Notes under the pieces: model-generated
The model's database searches: none
The model's input: the letters and a program-made list of their open reading frames with translations, nothing else
Told to the model about the DNA's origin: nothing
Made by a program: the position numbers and the translations under genes
In this document: in pieces, positions 28,584-38,945 of the stretch
Position numbering within the stretch: the first letter of the stretch is position 1
Layout: every line of letters begins with the position of its first letter
DNA from: a virus
Reading direction: 5' to 3' (one strand)
Length of the DNA stretch: 64,000 nucleotides
IMG/VR virus record: IMGVR_UViG_3300007735_000800
Location: 32,001-96,000 of that record

Positions 28584-28607
28584 TTTGCAGAATAAAGAGG
28601 ATATAAT
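28580..28607 (+). promoter_or_regulatory. Sigma70-type promoter (TTGATT-N16-TATAAT), leaderless geometry
   Basis: ATG at 28614, 6 nt after the -10 hexamer. Confidence 0.6.
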
Positions 28608-28613
28608 AAAGAT

Positions 28614-28766
28614 ATGAACGAAGACAGTTTTGAGAAATTTACTAATCGCCGCAAGAATAAGCCATCTGTTTTTGGCAAAAAGCAACAGAACAGAAACAAG
28701 AGAGGCAATAGGCACGAACAGAAGCAAAAGCTCAATGACACTCTATACAAGAAAGAAGTAGAGTAA
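28614..28766 (+). CDS. Small basic protein (50 aa), not in the supplied ORF track
   Basis: My translation: MNEDSFEKFTNRRKNKPSVFGKKQQNRNKRGNRHEQKQKLNDTLYKKEVE. Fills the gap before gp45 and has its own promoter. Confidence 0.6.
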   Translation: MNEDSFEKFTNRRKNKPSVFGKKQQNRNKRGNRHEQKQKLNDTLYKKEVE

Positions 28767-28777
28767 AGGAATTATAT

Positions 28778-29449
28778 ATGACAACTGTGACTAAAATGCG
28801 TCTCTCAAAAGAGACTTTGACTATACTTAAAAACTTTTCCTCCATCAATTCTAATATCTTGATTAATCCGGGAAGCATTATCAAGACAAAATCTGCAAGC
28901 AGCAACATATATGCAGAAGCAAAAATTGAGGAAGAATTTGATGTATCGGTTCCCATCTGGGATCTAAATAAGTTTTTGGCAGTGGTTAGCATGTTTGCAA
29001 ACCCAGATCTTGAATTTACTGACAAGTATGTTGACATCTCAAATGGTAGATCATATGTCAGATACCATTATTCAAATCCAAAATTGCTATCGGTTCCAAC
29101 CAGAGAAATAAAGATACCAGATGCAATAATAAAATTTGACCTAAATGAAGAAAATCTCAACGAAATGCTGAGAGCTGCAAGCATTCTTCAGGTTGGCGAT
29201 ATTCAGATAACAGCAAAAGATGGTGTTTTGAGCATTGTTGTCGATGATTCTGGAAACAGCAGTTCAAATAGCTTTTCAATGATATTGGATGATAACTACA
29301 GCGGTCCAGATTACAGCGGTTCTTTCAACATCAATCACATCAAGTTTGTCCCTGGATCATATAAAGTACACCTTACGAATACCGTTGTCGCAAAGTTTGA
29401 ACATGAATCTGGCAATTTGTTTTACTACATTGCAATAAACAAGGGATAA
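28778..29449 (+). CDS. gp45: Sliding clamp
   Basis: MRLSKETLTILKNFSSINSNILI, IWDLNKFL and FVPGSY motifs. Confidence 0.95.
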   Translation: MTTVTKMRLSKETLTILKNFSSINSNILINPGSIIKTKSASSNIYAEAKIEEEFDVSVPIWDLNKFLAVVSMFANPDLEFTDKYVDISNGRSYVRYHYSNPKLLSVPTREIKIPDAIIKFDLNEENLNEMLRAASILQVGDIQITAKDGVLSIVVDDSGNSSSNSFSMILDDNYSGPDYSGSFNINHIKFVPGSYKVHLTNTVVAKFEHESGNLFYYIAINKG

Positions 29450-29450
29450 A

Positions 29451-30392
29451 ATGACAGAAATAAACAATTTGATTTGGGTCGAAAAATATCGACCCAAGAC
29501 TCTGTCTGATTGCATTCTTTCTACGGATTTGACCATCATATTCAACGGTATGGTCAAAGATGGCAAAATTCCCAACATGTTATTCTATGGCAAACCTGGA
29601 ACAGGCAAAACCACTGTGGCAAAGGCGCTTGCCAATGATCTGGGTTTAGATTGCATGATGATTAACTGCTCCGAGGAGAATGGTATTGATACCCTCAGAG
29701 TCAAGATAAGAGAATATGCATCCACGGTTTCTCTCACGGGAAATGGCAAAGTCATTATTTTGGATGAATTTGATTATGCTACAAAAGGCATTCAAACAGG
29801 TTTGCGTGGAGCTATAGAGGAGTTTGCAGATAATTGCAGATTTATAATCACATGCAATTATAAAAACAGGGTGATAGACCCATTGCACTCAAGATGCACT
29901 GGAGTAGATTTTAGCATACCCAATTCAGAAAAGGCTGCGATTGCCACCAGGATTCTGCAAAGGATAGAATCTATACTTAATTTTGAAAATGTTCCATATG
30001 AAAAACAAGTTTTGGCAAATGTGGTTAAAAAATATTTTCCAGATATTCGCAGAATCATCAATGAACTTCAAAAGTATTCTTCTTCTGGAAAGATTGATGT
30101 TGGCGTATTGGGACAAAACAGTTCAGATTCATTCAAAGAACTATTGGGGTACATGAAAACAAAGGATTTTGCATCCTGCAGAAAATGGGTTATTCAAAAT
30201 ATAGATCTCAATACAAGCGAGTTTTTTAAACGTCTATACAATGAGCTTTATACAGCTCTTAAACCAAGTTCAATTCCTGCAGCAATTTTGATTATAGCCG
30301 AGTATCAGTACAAATCTGCATTTGCAGCGGATCATGAAATCAATACTATGGCCATGTTGGTACAGATAATGATGGATTGTGAGTTTGCCTAA
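29451..30392 (+). CDS. gp44: Clamp loader large subunit
   Basis: WVEKYRPKT, GKPGTGKT, IILDEFD and PLHSRC motifs. Confidence 0.96.
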   Translation: MTEINNLIWVEKYRPKTLSDCILSTDLTIIFNGMVKDGKIPNMLFYGKPGTGKTTVAKALANDLGLDCMMINCSEENGIDTLRVKIREYASTVSLTGNGKVIILDEFDYATKGIQTGLRGAIEEFADNCRFIITCNYKNRVIDPLHSRCTGVDFSIPNSEKAAIATRILQRIESILNFENVPYEKQVLANVVKKYFPDIRRIINELQKYSSSGKIDVGVLGQNSSDSFKELLGYMKTKDFASCRKWVIQNIDLNTSEFFKRLYNELYTALKPSSIPAAILIIAEYQYKSAFAADHEINTMAMLVQIMMDCEFA

Positions 30393-30781
30393 TGGAACTA
30401 TTTGATTTTATCAACAACATCAATTACCATAAAAAGCCAGTCCTAGATGAGGACGAAAAGGCAGATAAATTTTATCTGCCTTTTATGGTAAATAAATATT
30501 ATTCTTTTTTTGCAGATACCATATTTTATGCAAATGAGATGAATTGCAACTGGGAGTTAGATAAAAAACTTCAACATGATTTTTATTTGAATGGAATAAG
30601 GAAAAAGAAAAGATTTAATGCTTGGGTTAAGAAAGATACCGAAGACGATATTGAAACTATAAAAAAAGCATATAATTACACAGAGTCTAAAGCTCAAGAA
30701 GTGCTAAATATACTTGGACCCGATGGTGTGAAAAAGTTAAAACTTTTTATGCTTAAAGGTGGAACTAATAGTAAAGAGTGA
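30392..30781 (+). CDS. gp62: Clamp loader small subunit
   Basis: YLPFMVN, Y.NEMN, Q.DFYLNGIRKKKRF and Y.Y...KA.E.L..L motifs. Confidence 0.93.
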   Translation: MELFDFINNINYHKKPVLDEDEKADKFYLPFMVNKYYSFFADTIFYANEMNCNWELDKKLQHDFYLNGIRKKKRFNAWVKKDTEDDIETIKKAYNYTESKAQEVLNILGPDGVKKLKLFMLKGGTNSKE

Positions 30782-31212
30782 GTGATATGTCGGAAACATC
30801 AGATAAAATTTTTAATAATGTTGGCGTTCATATAAAACTTTTGGATCCAGAAGATTTTATGGTTGTCAGGGAAACCCTATCGAGAATAGGGGTATCACCC
30901 AAAGGAAAAAAAGTTTTATATCAATCCTGCCATTTAATACATAAAAATGAAGTTTATATCATAGCCCATTTTAAGGAATTGTTTTCCTTGGATGGGCTTC
31001 CTTCCAATGTATCCGAAGAAGATTTAAAAAGAAGAAATGCAATCATATCTCTATTAGAGGAGTGGGAACTCTTAGATGTTGTTGACAAAGAAAAAATTAA
31101 AGATAAGATGCAAATCAGCGGTCTTAAAATTATAAAACATGAAGAAAAGAATGACTGGCAATTAATACCAAAATTTAATCCAGGCACTCTACGTAAATTT
31201 TTTAATAGTTGA
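30778..31212 (+). CDS. regA: Translational repressor RegA
   Basis: DFMVVRETLSRIGV, LYQSCHLIHK and YI.HFKELF.LDG motifs. Confidence 0.95.
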   Translation: MSDMSETSDKIFNNVGVHIKLLDPEDFMVVRETLSRIGVSPKGKKVLYQSCHLIHKNEVYIIAHFKELFSLDGLPSNVSEEDLKRRNAIISLLEEWELLDVVDKEKIKDKMQISGLKIIKHEEKNDWQLIPKFNPGTLRKFFNS

Positions 31213-31219
31213 GGAAATA

Positions 31220-32461
31220 ATGTACAATCTAACTCTTAGCATGATCGTAAAAAACGAGGCACCAAATATTCTACGGTGCTTGGAATCTGTAGCCCCATTT
31301 ATTGATTATTATGTAATATGTGATACTGGGTCAACAGACAATACCAAAGAGATAATTAAAAATTTCTTTGACAGTAAAAACATACCAGGTGAAATATTGG
31401 ACCATGAATGGAAACACTTTGGTCATAATAGAACAGAGGCACTTAAAGCTTGTTATGGAAAAACTAAATGGGCCATGATGATTGATGCGGATGATTACCT
31501 ATCCGGAAAGTTACCAGTAGAAAAATTTGATGATAATTTGGATGGATATGTTGTAAAAATTACAAGAGGGCCATTTGAGTGGTATAGGGCACAATTGTTT
31601 AATTTAGGAAAGAAAAATTGGTGGTATGAAGAACCACTTCATGAATATGCTATATGTGAACAACCTATAAATGTCGTTAGACTTGAAGGTGATTACAGCT
31701 GGGAAGTAAGAACAGAAGGATGCAGATCTAGAGAATCCGGTGGGGACGATAGAGAAAAATACAGAAAAGATTATTATTTCCTTAAAAAATATCTTGAGGA
31801 CCATCCAGATAATGTAAGAACCCAGTTTTATCTTGCACAATCTGCATTTGATGCTCATATGTTTGATGTAGCTGAAATAGAATATGAAAAAAGAGCAAAA
31901 ATGGGAGGATGGGTTGAAGAGGTATTCTATTCTTGGATGAGAGTTGGAATATCCCGGGAATTGCAGAACAAACCTCTCCCAGAAGTTATAGACGCATTCT
32001 TATTAGCACATGAAACTCTGCCAGTAAGAGCGGAACCATTCTGGCAAATGTCGTGCATCTATAGAAAACACAATAGACCAAGAAATGCATATGTAATGGC
32101 ATCTCATGCACTGCAAATACCAATACCACAAGACAATATTCTTTTCGTGGACAAGGGAAATTATACTTGGGGAATTTTGGACGAAATTGCAACAACGGCA
32201 GCACAGGTAGGAAAATTCCATGTTGGCCTTGCTGCATGTGATAAACTTCTTTCGGAATCACATTTGCCACCGGATCAGAGAGAAAGAGTTATGAGTAACA
32301 GAAATCTATATGTTGATGTTGTTTCTAAAATGAATGCTGAATTGATAAAGCAACAGCAAGAAATTTTAGAAAAACAGCAAAAGGCTATGGAATCGGCTGA
32401 AAAAAGATCAAAGCAAACTACTCTTAACATAGATTTATCAAAGCCACCCATTACGTTATAA
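31220..32461 (+). CDS. GT2-family glycosyltransferase with C-terminal TPR-like repeats
   Basis: LSMIVKNEA, ICDTGSTDNT, FG.NRT.AL, MIDAD, HE motif, FYLAQS and helical repeats. Confidence 0.85.
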   Translation: MYNLTLSMIVKNEAPNILRCLESVAPFIDYYVICDTGSTDNTKEIIKNFFDSKNIPGEILDHEWKHFGHNRTEALKACYGKTKWAMMIDADDYLSGKLPVEKFDDNLDGYVVKITRGPFEWYRAQLFNLGKKNWWYEEPLHEYAICEQPINVVRLEGDYSWEVRTEGCRSRESGGDDREKYRKDYYFLKKYLEDHPDNVRTQFYLAQSAFDAHMFDVAEIEYEKRAKMGGWVEEVFYSWMRVGISRELQNKPLPEVIDAFLLAHETLPVRAEPFWQMSCIYRKHNRPRNAYVMASHALQIPIPQDNILFVDKGNYTWGILDEIATTAAQVGKFHVGLAACDKLLSESHLPPDQRERVMSNRNLYVDVVSKMNAELIKQQQEILEKQQKAMESAEKRSKQTTLNIDLSKPPITL

Positions 32462-32466
32462 TAATC

Positions 32467-32474
32467 TCTAAATA
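32467..32474 (+). promoter_or_regulatory. Late promoter variant (TCTAAATA) upstream of the fibre module
   Basis: In the intergenic gap. Confidence 0.5.
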
Positions 32475-32500
32475 ATTAATAATGCATTAAAACATTATTA

Positions 32501-32911
32501 ATGGAGATTTTTATGGCCGAAAACTACGACATAATTGTTGTAAAAGGCGATACAGCTAGATGGTCTTCCTTCTTTTATAGCCTAACAGGAGGAAATACCT
32601 TCGATTTTAGTGGATGTACCATGTACATGCAAGTAAGATCTGGATATTATGCTGAACCCCTTTTGGCCGGCTACACACAATACATTTCCGCAGGAGCCTC
32701 TTTAGATTATCCTAAAGGATTAACCGGAGGAATATCTGCAGGTGCTACTGGAGGAACTGTATATTTTTGCATAGGTTCTTCTCAGTCAAATCAACTCACA
32801 GCAGATAGAATGTGCAAATATGATGTAAAAGTAGAACATCCCAGTTTAATGGACAAATACACAATCATTAGAGGAAATGTTCAAGTATTGGGCAACGTAA
32901 CTAACATATAA
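32501..32911 (+). CDS. Virion accessory / fibre-adaptor-like protein
   Basis: YDI.V.KGDT, D.SG.T.YMQVR, YDVKV and I.RG.V pattern typical of BppU-like/adaptor domains. Confidence 0.5.
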   Translation: MEIFMAENYDIIVVKGDTARWSSFFYSLTGGNTFDFSGCTMYMQVRSGYYAEPLLAGYTQYISAGASLDYPKGLTGGISAGATGGTVYFCIGSSQSNQLTADRMCKYDVKVEHPSLMDKYTIIRGNVQVLGNVTNI

Positions 32912-34923
32912 TGTTCTTCGGAAAGAACAAAACATCTTTAAAATTGTCTAAACCATTCCCTGGATTGGCCGAAGGTTGTGAATATTTTATAGTGGAGAGT
33001 GCAACAAATCCAAAAAAAATAAAAATTGGAAATGGTCTCACTCAATTATACTTGAGAGACAGTGATGGTGAAAGTTATTTGATTGAGGGAAATTCAACAA
33101 AAATAAAAAACATATTTACACCAATAAAAAATTATGATTCATTGGATGGAAAAATTTACAAATTAAAAAGATCCTTTGGTTCTTTTGATCAAAATGAACT
33201 TGTAAAATTCATAGATCCAACTAATTATGATGAAAAAATACAATTTGGGATTGGAGTCACCGAACAATACATAATCAAAAAGAGCAATGATAAAGTAATA
33301 AAGGTTTATGGAAATTCAAATCAAATAAAAAGTTTATTCGAAGAAGTTCAAATAAATAAACCTCAAATATCAAAAGTAACAGTACCACAAAAACCAGTTA
33401 AAATAATAGAAAAAGTTATAGTAAAAGAATCTATACCTGTCATAGGTGAACAAGGTTTGCGAGGAGAGCGTGGTGAAATTGGTAATGAAGGTCCGCCGGG
33501 ACCACAGGGTCCGGTTGGACCTAGAGGACCACAGGGAATACAGGGAGAGCGCGGTGAAATAGGTCCAAAAGGTGAACAAGGAATTCCCGGTCCAAAAGGA
33601 AATGTTGGTCCACAGGGAGAGCGGGGACCAAAAGGTGATAAAGGAGACAGCGGAGCCAAAGGTGATAAAGGTGATGTTGGGCCACAAGGAAACCCCGGTC
33701 TAAAGGGGGATAAAGGAGATATAGGACCCAAAGGAGATACCGGAGAACCTGGGTTTGATGGAAGAGATGGTCTTCCGGGTCCACAGGGGGAACAAGGAAT
33801 ACAAGGTCCTGTTGGACCTCAAGGTCCCAAAGGTCCACAAGGAATACGGGGACCAGTTGGTCCAGAGGGTCCAATGGGCCCACAAGGAATCGCTGGAAAA
33901 GATGGACAGTCTTCTTTTACTGAAGTAGAACACCCTTTGGTGTTGGAAGACAATATATTAAAATTTGATTCCAAGCACATAGCAACACTTTTAAGTAAAA
34001 GTGGTGGTGGTGATGTAAAAAGTATTTTAGATAAATTGTCATTACTTTATACGAGTGGTGGTGGTGCCGTAGGAATTAAATTTAATGGAAATTATCTTTT
34101 AAAATCTGTAAGTGACGTAAATTTTACTGGAGCCGGTGTAATTGTAACACGTCAGGGTAAAAATGTAACAGTAAACATACCAGGGTCAGAAGGAACAGTA
34201 ACTTCTTTAACTGCTGGTGCCGGAATAACATTGAGCCCATCATCTGGAATAGGCAATGTTACCATAACAAATCTATTAAGCGTAAAGGGACTTGATGGAA
34301 CGATTCAATTATCAAATGATGGTGCAACGGATTTAAAATCTGATAATGCATTTCGTCTGGATCCAATTACAGCTAATTTAGAAATACCAAACGGACTTAA
34401 AATTTTACCTAGTGGCTCAAATGATTATATTGAATTTAAAAATGGATCCACACAAGGAACCGCACCAAATAAATTTTATTATCAAACAACATATCCTTCC
34501 GGCGTAACTCAAGGTGACCGTTGGATGGATTCCGATAATGGTATTGAATATGTTTATATTTACGATGGAAATACCAACCAGTGGGTTCAACCAACTAATA
34601 CAGGCGGATCTAGCAGCACTACAATTTCTGTTCTTGCAACCACCACAGTTATCGGAGCAACTTATGCGGCTCTCCCCACAGACTATTACATCGGTGTAAG
34701 TTATGCTGGTCCAGTAACAGTAACACTCCCAGTAAATCCAGAAACTGGAAGAGAAATTGTAGTAAAAGATGAATCTGGAAATGCAGGCAATGGAGTCAAT
34801 CGTCAGATCACGATTGTCGGAGCCACTGCATCACATAAAATCGACAATCAAAGTTCAGCGATAATAAACCTAGACAATGCCGGTCTCCATTTTATCTACA
34901 GATCCGGCTGGAGAATAATATAA
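32911..34923 (+). CDS. Collagen-like fibre protein
   Basis: 52 uninterrupted Gly-X-Y triplets, a duplicated N-terminal domain and C-terminal fibre modules. Confidence 0.85.
   Translation: MFFGKNKTSLKLSKPFPGLAEGCEYFIVESATNPKKIKIGNGLTQLYLRDSDGESYLIEGNSTKIKNIFTPIKNYDSLDGKIYKLKRSFGSFDQNELVKFIDPTNYDEKIQFGIGVTEQYIIKKSNDKVIKVYGNSNQIKSLFEEVQINKPQISKVTVPQKPVKIIEKVIVKESIPVIGEQGLRGERGEIGNEGPPGPQGPVGPRGPQGIQGERGEIGPKGEQGIPGPKGNVGPQGERGPKGDKGDSGAKGDKGDVGPQGNPGLKGDKGDIGPKGDTGEPGFDGRDGLPGPQGEQGIQGPVGPQGPKGPQGIRGPVGPEGPMGPQGIAGKDGQSSFTEVEHPLVLEDNILKFDSKHIATLLSKSGGGDVKSILDKLSLLYTSGGGAVGIKFNGNYLLKSVSDVNFTGAGVIVTRQGKNVTVNIPGSEGTVTSLTAGAGITLSPSSGIGNVTITNLLSVKGLDGTIQLSNDGATDLKSDNAFRLDPITANLEIPNGLKILPSGSNDYIEFKNGSTQGTAPNKFYYQTTYPSGVTQGDRWMDSDNGIEYVYIYDGNTNQWVQPTNTGGSSSTTISVLATTTVIGATYAALPTDYYIGVSYAGPVTVTLPVNPETGREIVVKDESGNAGNGVNRQITIVGATASHKIDNQSSAIINLDNAGLHFIYRSGWRII
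33445..33912 (+). repeat. Gly-X-Y collagen repeat (52 triplets)
   Basis: Counted from GEQ to GQS in the translation. Confidence 0.92.
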
Positions 34924-36158
34924 TGTCATACCTATACAACGATCTGGTTGGATTTAAAGAAAATTCAGTTGATGCTTTCAACCGTTTAAAAGTCAGCCAA
35001 CCATTCACTTTATTTGATAGCCAGCATCGTTATCAGGTAAATGATAAATGGAATTATATTGGTGCAACGGGAGGCACGTATTCTTACAATATAACAGAAA
35101 GCACGGTATCTCTTACTACAGGAACAACGGTGGGGTCCAAATTATATTGTGAAACCAAAAGAGTGTTTTCATACCAGCCCGGAAAATCTTTATTGGTCGT
35201 TTTAACTTCGGCTTTTAATCAACCAAAATCTGGTTTAAGGCAAAGAGTTGGATATTTTGGAGTAACTGGTGGATTTACGGGTGCAACACCATATAATGGA
35301 ATTTATTTGGAACAAGACGGTTTAACTTTATCAATTTGCATGGCATCGGCATCACTTGGAACAACCACGGTCGTTAACCAAAGCAATTGGAATGGTGATA
35401 AGTTTGATGGGACTGGTGAGTCCGGAAGAATTTTGGATGTCACAAAAGCAAATATTTTTTGGCAAGATATTGAATGGCTTGGTGTTGGTGATGTAAGAAC
35501 TGGATTTTTTGTTGATGGTAAACCAGTTGTGGCTCACACATTTCATAATGATAACATAAATTCAACAACTTATATGACAACTGCATGTTTGCCGATGCGG
35601 TATGAAATTGAAAATACTGCAGGACAAACTGGAAGTAGTACCATGCGCCAAATTTGCGCAACTGTGATGTCTGAGGGAGGATATGAGGGATTTACACGAA
35701 GATTTAATGTATCCAAAAATGGATCAAATGCAACAGCATTAACTACTCAGGACGTGCAATATCCAATGATAGCTTTGCGTTTAAATTCAAATCGCTTGGA
35801 TAGCATAATTGTTCCTTCAAATATTAGTGTTGTTGCCGAACCAGGAATAAACAATAAACCAACCACGGTTCAATACAGAATATTGCTTAATCCAACTCTA
35901 ACAGGCAATACTTGGACAACGCATTATAATGGAAATGTCGATTATAATATCACGGCAACAGCTGTAACTGGAGGGACCGATATTATCGGTGGATACGTTA
36001 GCAGCAGTGGATCATTGGACATTTCTAGCATAAATGATTTTAATTTTCAACTTGGAAGAACACAATTGGGGGTCAGCGACACATTTGTGTTAACAATGAC
36101 AGGAATAGAAGATGGAACCAACGTTTATTGCGATCTTTCATGGTTCGAAATCATATAA
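34923..36158 (+). CDS. Putative virion structural protein (beta-rich, lectin-like)
   Basis: DAFNRLKVSQPFTLFDS, YQPGKS and EWLGVG..R.GF motifs; coupled to the collagen gene. Confidence 0.6.
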   Translation: MSYLYNDLVGFKENSVDAFNRLKVSQPFTLFDSQHRYQVNDKWNYIGATGGTYSYNITESTVSLTTGTTVGSKLYCETKRVFSYQPGKSLLVVLTSAFNQPKSGLRQRVGYFGVTGGFTGATPYNGIYLEQDGLTLSICMASASLGTTTVVNQSNWNGDKFDGTGESGRILDVTKANIFWQDIEWLGVGDVRTGFFVDGKPVVAHTFHNDNINSTTYMTTACLPMRYEIENTAGQTGSSTMRQICATVMSEGGYEGFTRRFNVSKNGSNATALTTQDVQYPMIALRLNSNRLDSIIVPSNISVVAEPGINNKPTTVQYRILLNPTLTGNTWTTHYNGNVDYNITATAVTGGTDIIGGYVSSSGSLDISSINDFNFQLGRTQLGVSDTFVLTMTGIEDGTNVYCDLSWFEII

Positions 36159-36161
36159 ATA
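36154..36161 (+). promoter_or_regulatory. T4-type late promoter (TATAAATA)
   Basis: Overlaps the upstream stop, 7 nt before the ATG at 36169. Confidence 0.7.
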
Positions 36162-36168
36162 TTAAGAC

Positions 36169-38187
36169 ATGCCACTAGATTTTCCTCCATCTCCCGCAGT
36201 AAACGAAATTTACACCTTTGGTGGCCGTTATTGGATATGGAACGGCACAGCGTGGGATTCTTACAGTCCAGTTACAACAATCACAACTTTAAATGGTTTA
36301 ACTGGTACGGTAGGAATCACCGCAGGAAGTGGAATGGGTGTTACTGTTTCCGGACAGAACATTGTATTGAACAATACCGGAGTTTTAAGTTTTAATGGTT
36401 TGACTGGAGCCGTTACTGGAGTAACTACAGGAACTGCAAATACATTTGGACCAGTTCAAAGTTTCAATGGTGGGATAGTTGCATCTGGTGCGACTTTGAC
36501 CGGAAATGTTTATATCACTGGATTGACTACCCCATCAGTAGACTCTCAGGCTGCAAATAAAGCATATGTTGATTCTGTTGCAAGCGTAGGAATTCATTAT
36601 CATACCGGAGTAACTTTAGCCTCCACAGATTCCGAGACTTTTAATACTGGTGTAACATATGACAATGGGGCATCGGGAGTAGGTGCTACATTAAGAAAGA
36701 CCGCATCCTTTGCAAGAATAAACATCGACTCAACAGATGGTTCAACTGGCGACAGAATTCTAATAAGATCCGCAGCAACGCAACAGTGGAATGGTGTTTA
36801 CAGCGTAACAAATCAAGGAAGTGGATCTACCGGATGGATTCTCACCAGAACCACGGATGCCGATAATTACCATCCATACGAAAATGATGGTTTGGGTGGC
36901 AATGATTATTTCTTTGTCACTGGTGGCAGTAGCCTAAAGAACAATGCATACATTTGTTCGAATGTCGGTGGAATTACTTTTGGCACAACTGCAATAACAT
37001 TTGCAATATTCAGCACACCACCTGTATACACAGCAGGAACTGGATTGGCTCTGAATTCCCTGCAGTTCAGCAATACGGGTGTTCTTAGCTTTAACGGTTC
37101 TACTGGATCTATAACAGGTGTTTCTAGTGTTCGCGGTCTCACTGGTGCAATAGGAATCACCAACGGCAGCGGAATCGGTCTAAGTGTTTCCGGTCAAACA
37201 ATGACCTTCAGCAACACTGGAGTTTTGAGTATTGACGGGGGAACTGGTGCCATTACGAATGTTGCTAGGACTAATGTAACTAATAATTTTTCAACATCAC
37301 AAAATGTAAATGGATCTATAGTAGCCTCTAACCCAATTTTTAGTGTAACTGTAAGTCCAACAAAAATTACTTTTTATGAAGACAGTCTCGGGTTTTCAAC
37401 AGATTTATATACTGGTCAATATATAAATCAATCCATTTATTTACCTAGTTACACCACCACTTTAGCAGGACTTTCTGGGGATCCTCAAACCTTTACAGGT
37501 ACAAATATATTCAATTCCATTGCATACTTTAATGGTGGTATCAGTGCTGCTGGAGCAACATTCAGTTCACTTGCAAGATTCAATGCAGGAATCTCTGCTG
37601 CTGGTGGTACATTCTCTGCTCTTACAAGATTCACCGCAGGAATCTCTGCTGCTGGTGGTACATTCTCGGGCACTCAAACATTCGTTAATGGCGCAACTTT
37701 TCAAGGAAACATAAATGCACCAAATATTGTTACGAGTTTCAATGGACTGACAGGTGCTGTTACAGGAGTTACCACAGGATCTGCAAATACCTTTACGGCA
37801 CTGCAAACTTTCAACTCTGGTATTAGTGCTGCTGGTGGTGTTACATTTGCAGGAACTGTTGCATCCGATACAGGTTATAGAATTACTTCAAATGCAATAA
37901 ATGCACAGACAGGAACTACATATACATTCTTGGCTACAGACAATGGAAAAGTTGTGACATTTAACAATGGTTCTGCAATAACTGTAACAATTCCTACAGG
38001 ACTTCCTGTTGGCTTCAACTGCACGGGAATTCAATTGGGTGCAGGGCAAGTAGGATTCACTGCAGCATCGGGAGTAACTTTGAATGCATATTCAAGTGCA
38101 TACAAGATTGCTGGACAACATGGAGCTGCTTCTCTTGTGTCATATACAACAAATATCTACAATCTTTCAGGTTCTCTAAATCCATGA
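36169..38187 (+). CDS. Tail-fibre-like, Gly/Thr/Ser-rich repeat protein
   Basis: N-terminal FP.SP.VNE.YTF.GR.W.WNGTAW module; repeated FNGLTGAV and FNGGISAAG motifs; C-terminal fibre-tip module. Confidence 0.75.
   Translation: MPLDFPPSPAVNEIYTFGGRYWIWNGTAWDSYSPVTTITTLNGLTGTVGITAGSGMGVTVSGQNIVLNNTGVLSFNGLTGAVTGVTTGTANTFGPVQSFNGGIVASGATLTGNVYITGLTTPSVDSQAANKAYVDSVASVGIHYHTGVTLASTDSETFNTGVTYDNGASGVGATLRKTASFARINIDSTDGSTGDRILIRSAATQQWNGVYSVTNQGSGSTGWILTRTTDADNYHPYENDGLGGNDYFFVTGGSSLKNNAYICSNVGGITFGTTAITFAIFSTPPVYTAGTGLALNSLQFSNTGVLSFNGSTGSITGVSSVRGLTGAIGITNGSGIGLSVSGQTMTFSNTGVLSIDGGTGAITNVARTNVTNNFSTSQNVNGSIVASNPIFSVTVSPTKITFYEDSLGFSTDLYTGQYINQSIYLPSYTTTLAGLSGDPQTFTGTNIFNSIAYFNGGISAAGATFSSLARFNAGISAAGGTFSALTRFTAGISAAGGTFSGTQTFVNGATFQGNINAPNIVTSFNGLTGAVTGVTTGSANTFTALQTFNSGISAAGGVTFAGTVASDTGYRITSNAINAQTGTTYTFLATDNGKVVTFNNGSAITVTIPTGLPVGFNCTGIQLGAGQVGFTAASGVTLNAYSSAYKIAGQHGAASLVSYTTNIYNLSGSLNP
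37534..37850 (+). repeat. GISAAGxTF repeats, including an exact 32-nt direct repeat at 37585-37616 and 37636-37667
   Basis: GCAGGAATCTCTGCTGCTGGTGGTACATTCTC occurs twice, 51 nt apart; degenerate copies flank it. Confidence 0.85.
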
Positions 38188-38945
38188 GATCAATTCCTTC
38201 TGGCAGAGGTTTTTCGGTTGCTTCCCAGATGCTTACTGTTGTCAAGGACAGCAGCCTTCTTCTCAATCTGGACGCAGGAGACACAAATAGTTATTCTGGA
38301 TCTGGAACCACTTGGACGGATCGCAGCACACAGGCTGGAAGCGTTACCTTGACAAACGGTCCATCATACAATACCACAACATCTCCAAATATTTTGTTTG
38401 ACGGTGTTGATGATTATGCTGTTGATGGAGGAAACTCTGCAATCAAAGCAATATCAAATGGTGGGAGTTACACCATTGATGCATGGATGAAATTAAATTC
38501 TTTGACTACTAGCCAGTATCTTTGTGGAAATCAAAATGCTACAGTTGGCTCATATGGGTTTGGGTTGCTATTGGTGCCATCATTAAACAGCGTAAGATTT
38601 TTTTATACTTCAGCCACATCTATTAATGTATTAACTTTAAGTGGTATTACTTTTAATACAACTTGGATGCATTTTAATGCATCATTTCAATACAATAATG
38701 GTTCGTCACCAGCACAGAGTGTATACACAATATACATCAATTCTGTTCAACAAATAACAAGTACAAACAGTCAGCCTACAGGAACTTTGGCTAATTCTGC
38801 AAATTCTTTTTACATAGGAAGAAGACCCAATGCAACACTTCCGGCTAGTATGAATTTAGCAACTTTTAAACTTTATAACAGAGTATTGAGTTCAACCGAA
38901 GTCACACAAAATTATAATTCCGGAAAAGGAAGATTTGGATTATGA
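38184..38945 (+). CDS. LamG/concanavalin A-like lectin domain protein
   Basis: LLLNLDAG...SYSGSGTTWTD, FDGVDDY and YNRVLSSTEV.QNY motifs. Confidence 0.85.
   Translation: MRSIPSGRGFSVASQMLTVVKDSSLLLNLDAGDTNSYSGSGTTWTDRSTQAGSVTLTNGPSYNTTTSPNILFDGVDDYAVDGGNSAIKAISNGGSYTIDAWMKLNSLTTSQYLCGNQNATVGSYGFGLLLVPSLNSVRFFYTSATSINVLTLSGITFNTTWMHFNASFQYNNGSSPAQSVYTIYINSVQQITSTNSQPTGTLANSANSFYIGRRPNATLPASMNLATFKLYNRVLSSTEVTQNYNSGKGRFGL

Noticed and set aside
33363-33933. Several overlapping antisense ORFs with Gly/Pro periodicity
   Set aside because: They are shadows of the collagen GGN-NNN-NNN periodicity on the opposite strand, with no independent translation signals.
32911-38945. Diversity-generating retroelement acting on the fibre or lectin genes
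   Set aside because: No reverse transcriptase and no TR/VR pair differing only at adenines were seen. The 32-nt repeat is exact and in-frame.
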